A stretch of DNA of 46,647 bases from a virus. Lineage: Duplodnaviria; Caudoviricetes. Below are positions 16,262 to 26,457 of the stretch, piece by piece; the stretch's first letter is position 1; each line of letters begins with the position of its first letter. Under the pieces are notes generated by a model. It did not search any database. It saw nothing but the letters and a program-made list of their open reading frames with translations, and had not been told where the DNA came from. The translations under genes were made by a program, and so were the position numbers. The stretch spans positions 1-46,647 of the IMG/VR virus record IMGVR_UViG_3300044454_000146; one strand, 5' to 3'.

Positions 16262-19200
16262 TTACCACAGCCCTCCGGTCCGCACGCGCACGTCCACGCT
16301 GCGGCCCTCCGCCAGCAGCCCGGCCTGCACCCCGCGGGTGATGTCGGCCTGGGTGAGGCTCGACCCGCGCGCGTCCACATTGATGATCGTCTGATTACTG
16401 ATGACCCGCGCGCCGCCCCCCCCGCCTCCGAGCTGGGCCACGCTGGCAATCGCGCGCCGCGTCTCGCTGGCGGAGAGCACCGTGCCGGACTGACTGGGGA
16501 TGATCATCTCAGGGCCTTTCTCGCCGACGAGATAGGCCTGCCCGGATTCGATGGGGCCGCCCAGCGCGCGTCCGGGTGACTGCTGGCTCGGGTCGTCGCC
16601 GCGATTGTCTTGCTTGTTGCGATAGGTGGTGGTGACGGTCGTGTTAATTTCTTTCGGAATGTTCTCCAGCGCGTGCCGGTACTCGTCTGCGTCGATCTTG
16701 CCGGCCAGAAAATTGTTGGTCTGCGTCGCCACATACTCTTTGGCGTACTGGTCCAGCGCGCGCTGGGTCTCGCCGGCCTGCCGCTGCTGGTCGCGCAAGT
16801 CGCCGACCAGGCCCTGGATCGACGCGCCGCTGCTGCTGGCGAACTTGTCGATCGACCCGGCCATGTGCAGGAACGTCGTCGCGGTGGAGCTTTCTTGCAG
16901 CCCGTACTCTTTTTCCAGCGCCGCGGTGATCTCCGCGGCCTTTTCTTTCGCGATGTTGCCCAGCTGCGCCTGGGCCACCGTGTAGTCGATCAGCATCTGG
17001 CCGAGATGCTGGTTTTGCGCGGCCTGCTGCGCCGCGTAGCTGCTGGCGGCCGCGTTCTCCTGGTCGGCGTAGCCGGCCTTGGCCGCCGCGATCTGCTCGT
17101 CGATGCCCGTCTTTTGCGCGTCGGTCGTCGCGTCCTGCTTTTTCCGCTCCAGATCGGCGATCTTCTCGGCGAAGTCGGCCGATCGCTGCTCGACCCCACT
17201 GGCGAACTCGCTGTAATTGGTGGCGTAGGTCTGGATCGCCTCCTGCCCCTTGGCGAAGGTGTCCTCGATTTTCTTGCCCAGCGTCTCGATGTCCTGCGCG
17301 GTCAGCCCGGCCTGCGTCCCCAGCGTCGCGGTGGCGCTTTCCAGTCCCCCGGCGGTCGTTGTCGCGGTCATACTCGCGGCCGCCGCCTTGAGCACCGCCT
17401 GCTCTTCCGTCGTATATGAACTCGTTACCGAGGTCAGGTTTTCGCGCAAGGTATTGATATGCGCCATCTCGGTCGCGCGCTGCTCATCCGAGATCAGCCC
17501 CGCCGCATCGCGCTCCGCCAGGCTCTTGATCTCGCCCTGGATGGCGTCGCGCAGGTTGGTGATGGTGGTCGCGTAGGGTGCGAGCGCCTTGCGGGCTTCG
17601 CCGGTCTGGGTCGCGTAGTCCTCGATCGCGGCCGTGCTATCATTCCACCACCGGCGGCTCTCCAGCAGTTGCGTCGTCGCGTCGCTGACTTTGCTCGTGA
17701 AATTGTTGTAGGCCAGCACCACCCCGCCGATCGCGACGGCGATCAGCGCGTAGGGAGCCAACGCCGCCATGATAGCGGCGGCGTTGGCGTAGAAGGCCGT
17801 CGCCTGGGCGGCTAAGGCCGGGATACTCGCGTAGATGGCCGGGATCGCACTCGCGGTCTGGACCAGCGCGTAGGCGACCAGCGCCGCCGTCACGCCTGCG
17901 ATCGCGGGGATGGCGAAGGTCTGAATCGCCGCGCCGAATTTCGCGAGAAACGTCTCCCCTTTGACGGTCGCATCGACATACTTGGTGATCGCGTTGATCC
18001 CGTCCGCGAGAAAGCCCACGAACCGCGTCAGGACAGGCAGCAGCGCTGAGCCGATGGTGATTTGCAGCGCCTCCAGGCTGCCCATCATGTTTTCAACGGC
18101 AACATTAAAGCCTTGCTGCTTTTTGGCCGCCTGCACGGCCGCCGATCCCGTATCGTTCATGGACTTGGCCATCGCGTCGTAGCCTTTGGCCCCGGCGTCG
18201 GCCAGCATCCCGGCCGCGCGGATAGCATCACTACCGAACGCGGCCTGGAGCGCCATTTCTTTCTGCGCCGGGCTGAGTTTGCTCAGGCTGTCTTGCAATA
18301 ACTGCGCGGCCTTGTCCATCCCGATGAACGCGCCCTGCGCGTCGTAGAACTTGGAGGTCCCATCCGCCGTCAGCAACCCCAGCGTTTTGAATGATTCTGC
18401 CTGCGCGTCGGTGGTCGGCTGCAAGCGCGCCAGAAAGGTCTTGAAGGAGGTGCCGGCGTCGGCGGCCGAGGAGAAGCCGCCCGCGATCAGGGCCATGCTC
18501 GTCACGGTCTCGCGGAAGGACAGCCCCGCAATGTCGGCGGTCTTGCCGGTATTCGCCAGCCCCAGCGCCAAACTATCGACGCCGACCGTCGAGGCGTTCG
18601 CAGCCTGCGCGAGGAGATCGACGGATGTTCGAAGAAACGCGGCTTTCTCGCTCGCTGGCGCGGCCTGGTCCACCCAGACGCCCAGTTGCTTGGCCGCGAT
18701 CGCGGCCGCCTCCCCGATCGAGACTTCGCCGGCCGCCGCAAGGTTCAGCACGTCGCGCAGCCCGCCGGCGGCGATCGTGGCCGGCTCGATCCCGCCTTTG
18801 GCCATCTCGATCGCGGCCTGCTGCACCTCAGCCGTCGAGACCGGCAGCTCGCGCCCCAGGCTGATGAACAGCTCCTTGAAGTCGTCCAGCGACTGCCCGC
18901 TTTCCGCGAGCGCCGCGCCGGTCACACTGGCGAAGCGGTTCATGCCCTGCTCGAAGTCCCCAGCCTTGCCGATCGAGTCGCCCACGAACTGGACGATCGC
19001 CTTCCCGGCTTGCGCGGCCGCATCGACCAGCGCCACGCCGATCTGCCGCGCCGCCCCGATCGCGATCTGCCCCAGCCCGCTGACCCCCTTGCCGCCGGTC
19101 TCGGCGTCCTGCCCCAGCTGGGTCAGCGCATCGCCACCCGTGCTGGCCGCGTCATCCAGGGCATTGATCGCGGCTACGGCGGGATCGGCGGCGCTCGCGA

Positions 19201-19288
19201 GCTTCGTCTCGGCCGCCGCCACCTGATTGAGTGTGTTCAGATAGGCGTCAGCGCCTTCTGCGACCAGGGATACGCCGACTTGTTGCAT
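16262..19288 (-). CDS. Tail tape measure protein (TP901-type core)
   Basis: ~1008 aa, Ala-rich helical; EMAKGG, LNLAAAG, DAGTSFKTFLARL, central hydrophobic stretch, C-terminal RALGGP..GQAYLVGEKGPE. Confidence 0.95.
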   Translation of the reverse strand: MQQVGVSLVAEGADAYLNTLNQVAAAETKLASAADPAVAAINALDDAASTGGDALTQLGQDAETGGKGVSGLGQIAIGAARQIGVALVDAAAQAGKAIVQFVGDSIGKAGDFEQGMNRFASVTGAALAESGQSLDDFKELFISLGRELPVSTAEVQQAAIEMAKGGIEPATIAAGGLRDVLNLAAAGEVSIGEAAAIAAKQLGVWVDQAAPASEKAAFLRTSVDLLAQAANASTVGVDSLALGLANTGKTADIAGLSFRETVTSMALIAGGFSSAADAGTSFKTFLARLQPTTDAQAESFKTLGLLTADGTSKFYDAQGAFIGMDKAAQLLQDSLSKLSPAQKEMALQAAFGSDAIRAAGMLADAGAKGYDAMAKSMNDTGSAAVQAAKKQQGFNVAVENMMGSLEALQITIGSALLPVLTRFVGFLADGINAITKYVDATVKGETFLAKFGAAIQTFAIPAIAGVTAALVAYALVQTASAIPAIYASIPALAAQATAFYANAAAIMAALAPYALIAVAIGGVVLAYNNFTSKVSDATTQLLESRRWWNDSTAAIEDYATQTGEARKALAPYATTITNLRDAIQGEIKSLAERDAAGLISDEQRATEMAHINTLRENLTSVTSSYTTEEQAVLKAAAASMTATTTAGGLESATATLGTQAGLTAQDIETLGKKIEDTFAKGQEAIQTYATNYSEFASGVEQRSADFAEKIADLERKKQDATTDAQKTGIDEQIAAAKAGYADQENAAASSYAAQQAAQNQHLGQMLIDYTVAQAQLGNIAKEKAAEITAALEKEYGLQESSTATTFLHMAGSIDKFASSSGASIQGLVGDLRDQQRQAGETQRALDQYAKEYVATQTNNFLAGKIDADEYRHALENIPKEINTTVTTTYRNKQDNRGDDPSQQSPGRALGGPIESGQAYLVGEKGPEMIIPSQSGTVLSASETRRAIASVAQLGGGGGGARVISNQTIINVDARGSSLTQADITRGVQAGLLAEGRSVDVRVRTGGLW

Positions 19289-19512
19289 GGCTGCTCTGGT
19301 CCTGATCGACGGCGGCATACCGCTGTTCGATCCGATACTCCGCGACGATCAGCGCCTGGCTGTCGCTGTCCAGGGCGTCGAACTGGTCCCAGGGGATGCC
19401 CCGCCAGCGCGCCGCCCGGAGCAGCTCGTAGTCGGCGGTGAAAGAAAACGCGCCCGCCGGGGGGTCAAGGCTCGGGCTGAACAGCGGCCGCCCCCGATAC
19501 CGCGGGTTGAAA
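19248..19512 (-). CDS. Tail assembly chaperone extension (gpT-like), probably reached by frameshift
   Basis: Open frame overlapping the chaperone 3' end with no convincing start; YELLRAARWRGIPWDQFDALD..SQALIVAEY; directly before the TMP. Confidence 0.65.
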
Positions 19513-20028
19513 CGTGGCGATGTGCGCCTGGATCGCCGCCTCCTGCGGCGCTGAACGTTCAAAGATCGCTTTTAGCAGGTCGGTCCAGTCGTCTTCGCTG
19601 CCCACACACACAAACGCCACATAGACATAGTGATCGTCGTACTCCGCAAGGTCGGTCCCATCGGCGGCAGCGTCCGCGCGCGCGGCTTCTACCGCCGCCT
19701 GATCGACCGCGCACACCACGCCGCGCCGAATGGCGATGCGCTTGAGCCGCGCGCCGGTCTCTTCGTTCACCCGCCGCGTCCAGTCGGCATGCAGCTGCTG
19801 ATAGATCGGGTGCGCCGGGTTCGGGATCGTGACCTGGCCATCGCCGTAGTCGACCGTGGACGTGGGCGGCTGCGGCTCAGCATACCCTGGGCTGGCGACG
19901 ACCTGCCGCCGCACCTCTGCCCGCAGCAGCGTCGAGACCTTGCGGATCTGGACCGTGCGGCCGGTGTCCACAAAGGTAAAGTCGGTCAGCTTCTCGGGCG
20001 GCGCCGCCCGACCGTTGGGATGTGCCAT
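19465..20028 (-). CDS. Tail assembly chaperone (gpG-like)
   Basis: Between the tail tube gene and the TMP; GGAGG SD. Confidence 0.75.
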   Translation of the reverse strand: MAHPNGRAAPPEKLTDFTFVDTGRTVQIRKVSTLLRAEVRRQVVASPGYAEPQPPTSTVDYGDGQVTIPNPAHPIYQQLHADWTRRVNEETGARLKRIAIRRGVVCAVDQAAVEAARADAAADGTDLAEYDDHYVYVAFVCVGSEDDWTDLLKAIFERSAPQEAAIQAHIATFQPAVSGAAAVQPEP

Positions 20029-20147
20029 TGGACCCCTCCGTCAACCCTCCAGGGAGGAGCGCGCGGCGCCGATCGCGGGAGGGAACACGATCGTCGAGCT
20101 GGCCAGCTCTGCCGCGCGCTGTCGCACGGACACGCTATAGCGTGTCC

Positions 20148-21692
20148 CTACAGAACCGGCGCGTTACCAAGCAGAATGATCCCGTCCACCAGACCGCCGC
20201 CCAGCCCGGCGATCGCGAGATTGTTGGCCGCGGTCTGCACGTCCGGCGTTGGCGGCACGGCCAGGCGATTCGCGCGCCCGAACGTCGGGAGGTTGCCCGG
20301 CAGCCGGCTGGTGTTGCTCTCGCCCCACAGCGCGCCGCCCATGACCGTGGCGAACAGCGCAGCGGTCGGCCCGGTGCGCGTCGCCGCGATGTAGCCGCAG
20401 TCGCTCGTCGGCCAGACAATGTCCTGGATCGCGCTGAGCGCGGCGCCGGGGAGCGTCAGCGCCGTCCAGCTGGCGCCGCCGTTCTGCGTGTAGCTCACCC
20501 CGCCCGCCGCGGTGCCAATGTAGTAGAGCTGCGGACTAAGCACGGCGACGGCCTGCAATGTGCCGGTCACGCTGGCTGCCGTGGCGGCCCACGTCAGCCC
20601 GCGGTTGACGCTCTTGAGACTGGTGTTGCTTGCGCCCGTGGCCAGCAGCGTGCCCGCCGCGCCGTGGATGCGCAGCAGGTTATTCGTCGTCGCGCCGGCG
20701 GCGGAGAGGACCGAGACCCCCGAGAGGATGTCGGTCGAGACGTAGATGTAGCCGCCGTCGCCGACGAAGTAGACCCGGCTCGGGCTTTCGACGAACAGAT
20801 CGTTCGGGGTTTTCAGCGCCACAAACCCGGTCGTGACCTTCGTGTAGCTCCCCGGCACGCCGGTGGACGAATTAATCTGGCTGACGTAGTAGGCGTTCTC
20901 CGTCTTGCACACCACCACCAGGTACTGTCCCACGATATCGATCGCATTCACGAGGCTGCCGGCGCCCAGCCCGGTGATCGTGCTGTCGGTCCAGGTGGCC
21001 CCGCTATCGGTCGAGTACTTCACGATGCCGTTCACGGCCGACGAGCCGCCGGCGGTCTGCTGCAACGCATAGATCCACTGCGTGCCGTCGTTGGCCGGGC
21101 CGCAGTCCGAGCACTGCTGGAAGCCGCCATAGACGATGTCCACGACCTCGGTCGTGACCGAGACCGCCGCGACCTCGCCGATGCCGATGCCGCCGACGCT
21201 GTAGACATCGCCCAGCCACGCGAACTGCACCGCCGCGGTGCTCTCGTCCGAGCCGTCGAACGGCGTGCGCCCGGCGTAGGTTTTGTCACTACTCAGCCCG
21301 CGCGACAGGATGTTCATCGTCAGCCAGCCGTTCAGCGGATCGGCCGGGTCGTTGCACAGCCCCTCGGATTCGTAGACGTTCAGCGGGCAGTTGAGCCGAA
21401 ACTTGTACCACGGGATGCCGCCAAACTTCTGCTTGAAGGTGATCTCGGCTGAGGGGATGTCCGGCGCGTCGATGGTGACGCCGGTCTGCTTGAACAGGCC
21501 GCGCACCCGGGGATCGTTCACGTTGATCGGGTTGATTGAGCCGCGATCGGGCCGGCTGATGTCGCCGACCATCAGGTACTGCTCATCCATCCCCGCGAAC
21601 CGGATCGGGTTGGTGGGCAACGGGCCGCCGCGCTGGGTGAATGCCCTGATAAAGTTTTGGGTCAGGTTCTCGTTCGACTGCGTTGTGGGCAT
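20148..21692 (-). CDS. Probable major tail tube protein with a C-terminal BNR/Asp-box beta-propeller
   Basis: Synteny; AAAGGAG SD; YSTDSGATW, KSVNRGLTW, YTQNGGASW repeats. Confidence 0.7.
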   Translation of the reverse strand: MPTTQSNENLTQNFIRAFTQRGGPLPTNPIRFAGMDEQYLMVGDISRPDRGSINPINVNDPRVRGLFKQTGVTIDAPDIPSAEITFKQKFGGIPWYKFRLNCPLNVYESEGLCNDPADPLNGWLTMNILSRGLSSDKTYAGRTPFDGSDESTAAVQFAWLGDVYSVGGIGIGEVAAVSVTTEVVDIVYGGFQQCSDCGPANDGTQWIYALQQTAGGSSAVNGIVKYSTDSGATWTDSTITGLGAGSLVNAIDIVGQYLVVVCKTENAYYVSQINSSTGVPGSYTKVTTGFVALKTPNDLFVESPSRVYFVGDGGYIYVSTDILSGVSVLSAAGATTNNLLRIHGAAGTLLATGASNTSLKSVNRGLTWAATAASVTGTLQAVAVLSPQLYYIGTAAGGVSYTQNGGASWTALTLPGAALSAIQDIVWPTSDCGYIAATRTGPTAALFATVMGGALWGESNTSRLPGNLPTFGRANRLAVPPTPDVQTAANNLAIAGLGGGLVDGIILLGNAPVL

Positions 21693-21703
21693 TGGAGGCT
21701 CCT

Positions 21704-22963
21704 TTACGCGGCAAAGCCGCGCCGTAGTATGTTGTCACTGGCCATCTTCCACGCGCTGATGTGTCCCAGCCGCGTCCCAAAGGGATTGTCCATGTCCTGC
21801 GTGCTCCGCTGATAGCGCTCGGTCTCGGTCGCCTGCAAGGCCATGTCGAGTTGCAAGTCGTGGACCCGCTCATTTGTTTCGCGGCACGCGCAGATCCGCC
21901 GCTTCAGCTCGGCCGTGGCCAGCATGCTCACCACCTGCTGCCACTTCTTGGCCATCACGCCGTTCTCCAGCGGGAAGCCGGCCAGATACCGGAGGATTAC
22001 CCGATCCGGCTCGGCATAGCAGTCGCAGCTGCTCGCGCTCGACCACAGGCCGGTGGTGGTGTTATACACGGCAGCCGCCGGCGTGATCAGCCCCAGCGTC
22101 CGATCGCGAATGCCTGACCTGGCGATCACTTCGCCCACTGTGCCGGGGTCGGTCGAGCCGTTCGATTGCCCGATGCAGAACCCGGCCCCCCACCCGCCGC
22201 AGTCGCTCGACTCGTAGACGAGCGTCGCCTGGCACGTCGTGATGCTGTTGCCATCGCCATTCGTCGTCCTTCTGTACACCTCGATCGACGCGACAAAGTT
22301 TGTGAGCACGGTCGGATCGAGCGCGTTGAGAGTCGGATTGTCATATAGATACGGCTTGACCATGAGCCATGTGCGGCCCGTAATGGTGGCGATGCCGCCG
22401 GAGATCGCCACCGTGACAGGCTGGATGCGCCAGCGGTCGGTCGGGCCGTCGCCGTTCAGCCGGTCACTGGCCGTGAAGTACACGGCGATCTCGGATGGGT
22501 CCGTGACCGTCGTGGCGATCTGCGCCGTCCATGTCTCTTTGAGATTGCCACCATATAGCGTCGAGAAGATCAGGGCGGCCGTGCCGATGCTCGTGAGCTG
22601 CTCCACCCCCATCGCCTGGATGTGAAACTCGGGCGCGAGCATCGCGATTCTCCGCCCCGTCGCGTCCAGATCGCGGTAGCGCACCATGCTGGCGTCGTTA
22701 AAGCGCGGCCAGCGCAAGGGCTCGGTCTCGACATACTCGGGCGCGACGCGGTAGTTGAGATAGTCGAACAGCATCGCTTCCGCGCGCTCGGTCGCGCGCC
22801 GGAGATCGTCGCGGCCGGCCGCATCCGACCCCTGCCAGGCGTACTCGCGCACCAGGCCCGAGCATTTCGAGTTGTCCATGACGGTCACGTTATCGGCCAG
22901 ACCCCAGAACAGCCAGGGGTTCAGGCCCATCTCCGCGCGCCAGATGTCGAGTGGAAGGAGCAT
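21704..22963 (-). CDS. Probable head-tail adaptor/neck protein with an insertion
   Basis: RATERAEAMLFDYLNY at the N-terminus; VILRYLAGFP and NPFGTRLG at the C-terminus; precedes the tail tube gene. Confidence 0.6.
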   Translation of the reverse strand: MLLPLDIWRAEMGLNPWLFWGLADNVTVMDNSKCSGLVREYAWQGSDAAGRDDLRRATERAEAMLFDYLNYRVAPEYVETEPLRWPRFNDASMVRYRDLDATGRRIAMLAPEFHIQAMGVEQLTSIGTAALIFSTLYGGNLKETWTAQIATTVTDPSEIAVYFTASDRLNGDGPTDRWRIQPVTVAISGGIATITGRTWLMVKPYLYDNPTLNALDPTVLTNFVASIEVYRRTTNGDGNSITTCQATLVYESSDCGGWGAGFCIGQSNGSTDPGTVGEVIARSGIRDRTLGLITPAAAVYNTTTGLWSSASSCDCYAEPDRVILRYLAGFPLENGVMAKKWQQVVSMLATAELKRRICACRETNERVHDLQLDMALQATETERYQRSTQDMDNPFGTRLGHISAWKMASDNILRRGFAA

Positions 22964-23904
22964 CAGATCACCGCCAGACTGGCGACCTCAGCCGCGCTGA
23001 GTGCGCGCGCCCAGATCGCCGCGTGTGCAAGACTGCCCGACCAGACATTCGCCGGCGCGGTCGAGATCGCGCCCAGCAGGGTGGTGGCGGCCGCGAGCGT
23101 CCCTGCGAACACCCCCAGGCCCGTGACGGTCGCGCCCGATTGTGCGCCGTTCACATAGAACTTCACCTGATCGGCGCTCTTGCTCCAGCTGAGCGCCAGG
23201 TGAAAGAAGGTCGTCGGCGAAAACGTCGTCACCCCGGCCTGCTTGGTCGTGCCGCCCGCGACGTAGAGCCAGTCGATCTCATTCGACGCGACCGGCTTGA
23301 CCAGACTGACGCGGTTATTGGCGTCGACCGCGAGATACATGATCCGCCGCGCCACCGCATCCGTCCACACCCCCGCGTTCGCGACCTTGCACCAGCACCC
23401 GATCGTCCCCTCCGCGCCGGAAAATGCCGCGGCGAGGCTGGCGCTGAAGATGTTGCCGAAGCTGGTCGCGCCGTCATAGCTCGCCGCCGTATGCCCGTCG
23501 CCGATGCCCGCCGCCCCGATCGTCACGGCCGTGTAGACGCCGTTGCGCGCGTTCCCGCTCCGATCGGTGATGACCGTGCCGGAGGCCTCGTCTTGCGGCC
23601 AGTAGGCGATCGGGCTGGTCGCCAGAATGCGCGCGCCGACGGCGGTCGGGAGATACCCCGACACCACCACCACCGGCTGTGCCGGTCCGGCCAGCACCTG
23701 AGTAGCCTGCACCCCGGTCGCGACCACGATCGGCAGTGGCACATTGCCCAGGACCGGCCGCCCATCGGCGACCTCCACCACCGGACGCGCGGGGCCGCCC
23801 TCAGTCGGGCGTCCATCGCTGACGACGACGACGCGCAGCGCCGGGCCGGCCTCGACGCTGCGACTGACCGTGATGACTGGGATGGCTGCTCCGCCCTGGG
23901 TCAT
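22963..23904 (-). CDS. LamG/concanavalin-A-like lectin-domain virion protein
   Basis: PIAYWPQDEASGTVITDRSGN, FFHLALSW, KFYVNG, IWARALSAAEV; repeated GPAxPVVVV at the N-terminus. Confidence 0.85.
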   Translation of the reverse strand: MTQGGAAIPVITVSRSVEAGPALRVVVVSDGRPTEGGPARPVVEVADGRPVLGNVPLPIVVATGVQATQVLAGPAQPVVVVSGYLPTAVGARILATSPIAYWPQDEASGTVITDRSGNARNGVYTAVTIGAAGIGDGHTAASYDGATSFGNIFSASLAAAFSGAEGTIGCWCKVANAGVWTDAVARRIMYLAVDANNRVSLVKPVASNEIDWLYVAGGTTKQAGVTTFSPTTFFHLALSWSKSADQVKFYVNGAQSGATVTGLGVFAGTLAAATTLLGAISTAPANVWSGSLAHAAIWARALSAAEVASLAVI

Positions 23905-24269
23905 GTGTTTGTCCTTGTCACGTCAATCTTGATCAGCAGCGTGCCCGTCGTCGTCGTGCTCACGTTGCCGAGCAGGTCCACCAACTGGAGGTCGCAGTAG
24001 CACAGCGTCGGCACGATCAGCGCGCTGGTATCGAGACTCGCCACATTGATCTGGCACAGGCCGCCCGGCCCGTTCGTGATCACGATCTCGGCCGGCGTGG
24101 TCAGCTGAAATACCGCGTCGGCGTCCAGATCCTGGAGGCTGCGCTTGGCCGTGAATTTGAGACTACACCCCGTGATATTGACCGGCACGCCCGAGACCGT
24201 GATCGCCGCGTCGAACACCTCGGTGTCCCCGCGCCACATCTCAAACGTAAAATCTTGATAGTTCGCCAT
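23901..24269 (-). CDS. BppU-N-like Ig-fold fibre adaptor
   Basis: RGDT...VNITGCSLKFTAK...YCDLQL...GTLLIKIDVT pattern. Confidence 0.7.
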   Translation of the reverse strand: MANYQDFTFEMWRGDTEVFDAAITVSGVPVNITGCSLKFTAKRSLQDLDADAVFQLTTPAEIVITNGPGGLCQINVASLDTSALIVPTLCYCDLQLVDLLGNVSTTTTGTLLIKIDVTRTNT

Positions 24270-25781
24270 TTAACACTGCTCCAGACTGGCGACGGGCTTC
24301 ACGTGCTGCGTGAGCGCTGCTATCGCGTTCGGTTCGTGCGTCAGGAGCGCCGTTCGCGGCGCCGGCGCGACATGGGCGGCTGCCTTCCGCTGCTGGCCCA
24401 TCACTGTGTGCGGCTTCGGTTCGTGCGTCAGGAGCGCCGTTCGCGGCGCCGGCGCGACATGGGCGGCTGCCTTCCGCTGCTGGCCCACCACCGCGTGCGG
24501 CTTCGGTTCGTGCGTGAGGAGCGCCACCGCACAGATAATCGGCGTCGGTGGCGCCGCCCCCTCACGGACGACGCGGATCCATGTCACCTGCCCCGCCGGC
24601 GGCGCACGCCCGCTCGTCGCTTCCACGATCGGGCTGCGCAGCGGCACGCGCTCCGCCGCCGGCGGCGTGATGCGCCCCAGTTGCACGACCACGGCGCGCG
24701 GCACGGGCTGCGCGCCAGGGATCGCGGGCGTGGTCGCAATCGGCAGCCGATCCGGCTGCGCGCCGGGCGTCTCATGAGGAGGTGTCCCCAGCCACGTCGT
24801 CGCCCCAGGGATCGGAAGCGGCACGCCCTGCACAATCGCTGGCCGCGCGGGCCGGCTCGTATCCTCGGGTCGTGGCAGCCGCCCGATCGGCAGCGCGGCC
24901 GCGTCGGGGATCGGCTGCAATCCCCGCGCGACGATCGCCATCCTGGCGGGCCACTGCCGATCCTCATCCCGCGGCGACCGCGGCACCCAGATCGCATTGG
25001 CCCCCGGCACGGGCTGCTGCCCAAGAATTGTGACCGGCGCAACCGCGATCCGCTCGGTGGGCGCGACGGGCGTCTCGTGCGCGGGCGTCGGTAGCCAGAG
25101 CGCCGCACCAGGGATCGGAACCGGCACGCCTTGCACGATCGCCGGTCGGGCCGGGCGGGTCGTGTCCTCATCCCGCGGCAGCCGGCCGGCCCATGTCGTA
25201 TCCGGGTGCGCCAGCGTTGCGTCCGGCGGCGCATCCTGCACGATCGGCGGGCGGAGCGGATCGACGTTCGGCGCGCGGGCCGCCTCCGGCTTCCACAGGC
25301 TCGGCTGCGGCTGCGGCTGCTGGCCACTGATCAGGACCGTCGGGTGGCGCGGGTCGGTGTTCGGATCGCGCGCTGGCTGTGGCGCCCAGACCACGGCCCC
25401 AGGGACCGGGACGGGGGGCCACTGCGCCAGCGTCGGCCGGAGCGGATCAGTGTTCGCCACGCGCGGGACCATGCCGAGCAGGATGTTGCGCGCCTGCGGT
25501 GGGGCTGGATTGTTTACGTACAGTTGGACCGGGCTGAGCTTCTCTTGCGGCGCCACCACGCCGGGATCGAGCGGCCGCGGCGCCCAGACCTGGCCCTGCG
25601 GCAGCAGCGGCGTGGCCAGGGTGGATGCCACCACGACCGCCGTCGCCAGATGCGCGATGCGATCCGGGAAGCCGCCCAGCGGGCGGGGCATCCACGGCCG
25701 CCGGATGCCACTACTCCGCATGAGGTCGCGCGGGGCCGACTGGCCGGGCGCGTCCTGCGAGAACAGCAGCAGCAGCGACAT
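24270..25781 (-). CDS. Pro-rich repetitive putative head fibre/linker protein
   Basis: AGGAG SD; MSLLLLF start; repeated RPARPAIVQGVPxPIPGA and ALLTHEP units. Confidence 0.75.
   Translation of the reverse strand: MSLLLLFSQDAPGQSAPRDLMRSSGIRRPWMPRPLGGFPDRIAHLATAVVVASTLATPLLPQGQVWAPRPLDPGVVAPQEKLSPVQLYVNNPAPPQARNILLGMVPRVANTDPLRPTLAQWPPVPVPGAVVWAPQPARDPNTDPRHPTVLISGQQPQPQPSLWKPEAARAPNVDPLRPPIVQDAPPDATLAHPDTTWAGRLPRDEDTTRPARPAIVQGVPVPIPGAALWLPTPAHETPVAPTERIAVAPVTILGQQPVPGANAIWVPRSPRDEDRQWPARMAIVARGLQPIPDAAALPIGRLPRPEDTSRPARPAIVQGVPLPIPGATTWLGTPPHETPGAQPDRLPIATTPAIPGAQPVPRAVVVQLGRITPPAAERVPLRSPIVEATSGRAPPAGQVTWIRVVREGAAPPTPIICAVALLTHEPKPHAVVGQQRKAAAHVAPAPRTALLTHEPKPHTVMGQQRKAAAHVAPAPRTALLTHEPNAIAALTQHVKPVASLEQC
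24328..24525. repeat. 87-bp tandem repeat (~2.3 copies)
   Basis: Units begin at 24328, 24415, 24502; encode ALLTHEPKPHxVxGQQRKAAAHVAPAPRT. Confidence 0.95.
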
Positions 25782-25791
25782 GGCCTAGCTC

Positions 25792-26448
25792 CTAGTAGGC
25801 CGTAACCTCAGCCCATGCGACCGTAATGCCGAATTGCCAGGTGCCCGTCGCTGGGACCGTCGCGCGCACGACAAAGCCTTCGTTTTGCGCGAGCAGGACC
25901 GGGTGTTCCGGGCCGATATCCTCGCCAAACAGCACCACCGGGTTAGTGTACTGGATACTTGCCACCGTGCCGAACGTCAGGCTGATCTGCCCCACAGCCT
26001 GGCTGTCCAGGGTCTTCGTGCCCGTCCCCAGGTTGGTGGTCGAGGCGCACCGCAGCTCCCCGAGCAGCGTCGTCCCCATGCTGGTGCGCAGCTTGTTGTT
26101 GTTGCCGGTAATGGTGGCGGGGTTCCCGCCCGAGCCGGCTGCGGTGAAGCTGCGCGCCACGAGCATATCGACCTTGCCGAAGCCTGCCGTGAACGCCGTC
26201 GCCGAGCCGCTCACGCCGTCCAGAATGACCTTGCGGACCAGCGCGAAGCGCGTGGCATCGGTCCAGCGAAATTGGAAAATCTCACTGTTCGCCCCGAGGC
26301 CCGCCGCCATCGTGCCGGAGAGCATGGACAGCCGGTAGATGCCCAGCGACCCATACTCGACCGGCATCTGCTGCACTTTCAGCGCCCGAAAGCCCGTGCC
26401 CGGCACATCGGCGACGACGCCGCCCGATCCTTGGAGTTGAAACGGCAT
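25792..26448 (-). CDS. Putative virion decoration protein, paralog A
   Basis: 218 aa, Gly/Thr-rich beta protein; gapless alignment to 26458..27114. Confidence 0.8.
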   Translation of the reverse strand: MPFQLQGSGGVVADVPGTGFRALKVQQMPVEYGSLGIYRLSMLSGTMAAGLGANSEIFQFRWTDATRFALVRKVILDGVSGSATAFTAGFGKVDMLVARSFTAAGSGGNPATITGNNNKLRTSMGTTLLGELRCASTTNLGTGTKTLDSQAVGQISLTFGTVASIQYTNPVVLFGEDIGPEHPVLLAQNEGFVVRATVPATGTWQFGITVAWAEVTAY

Positions 26449-26457
26449 AGCTATTCC

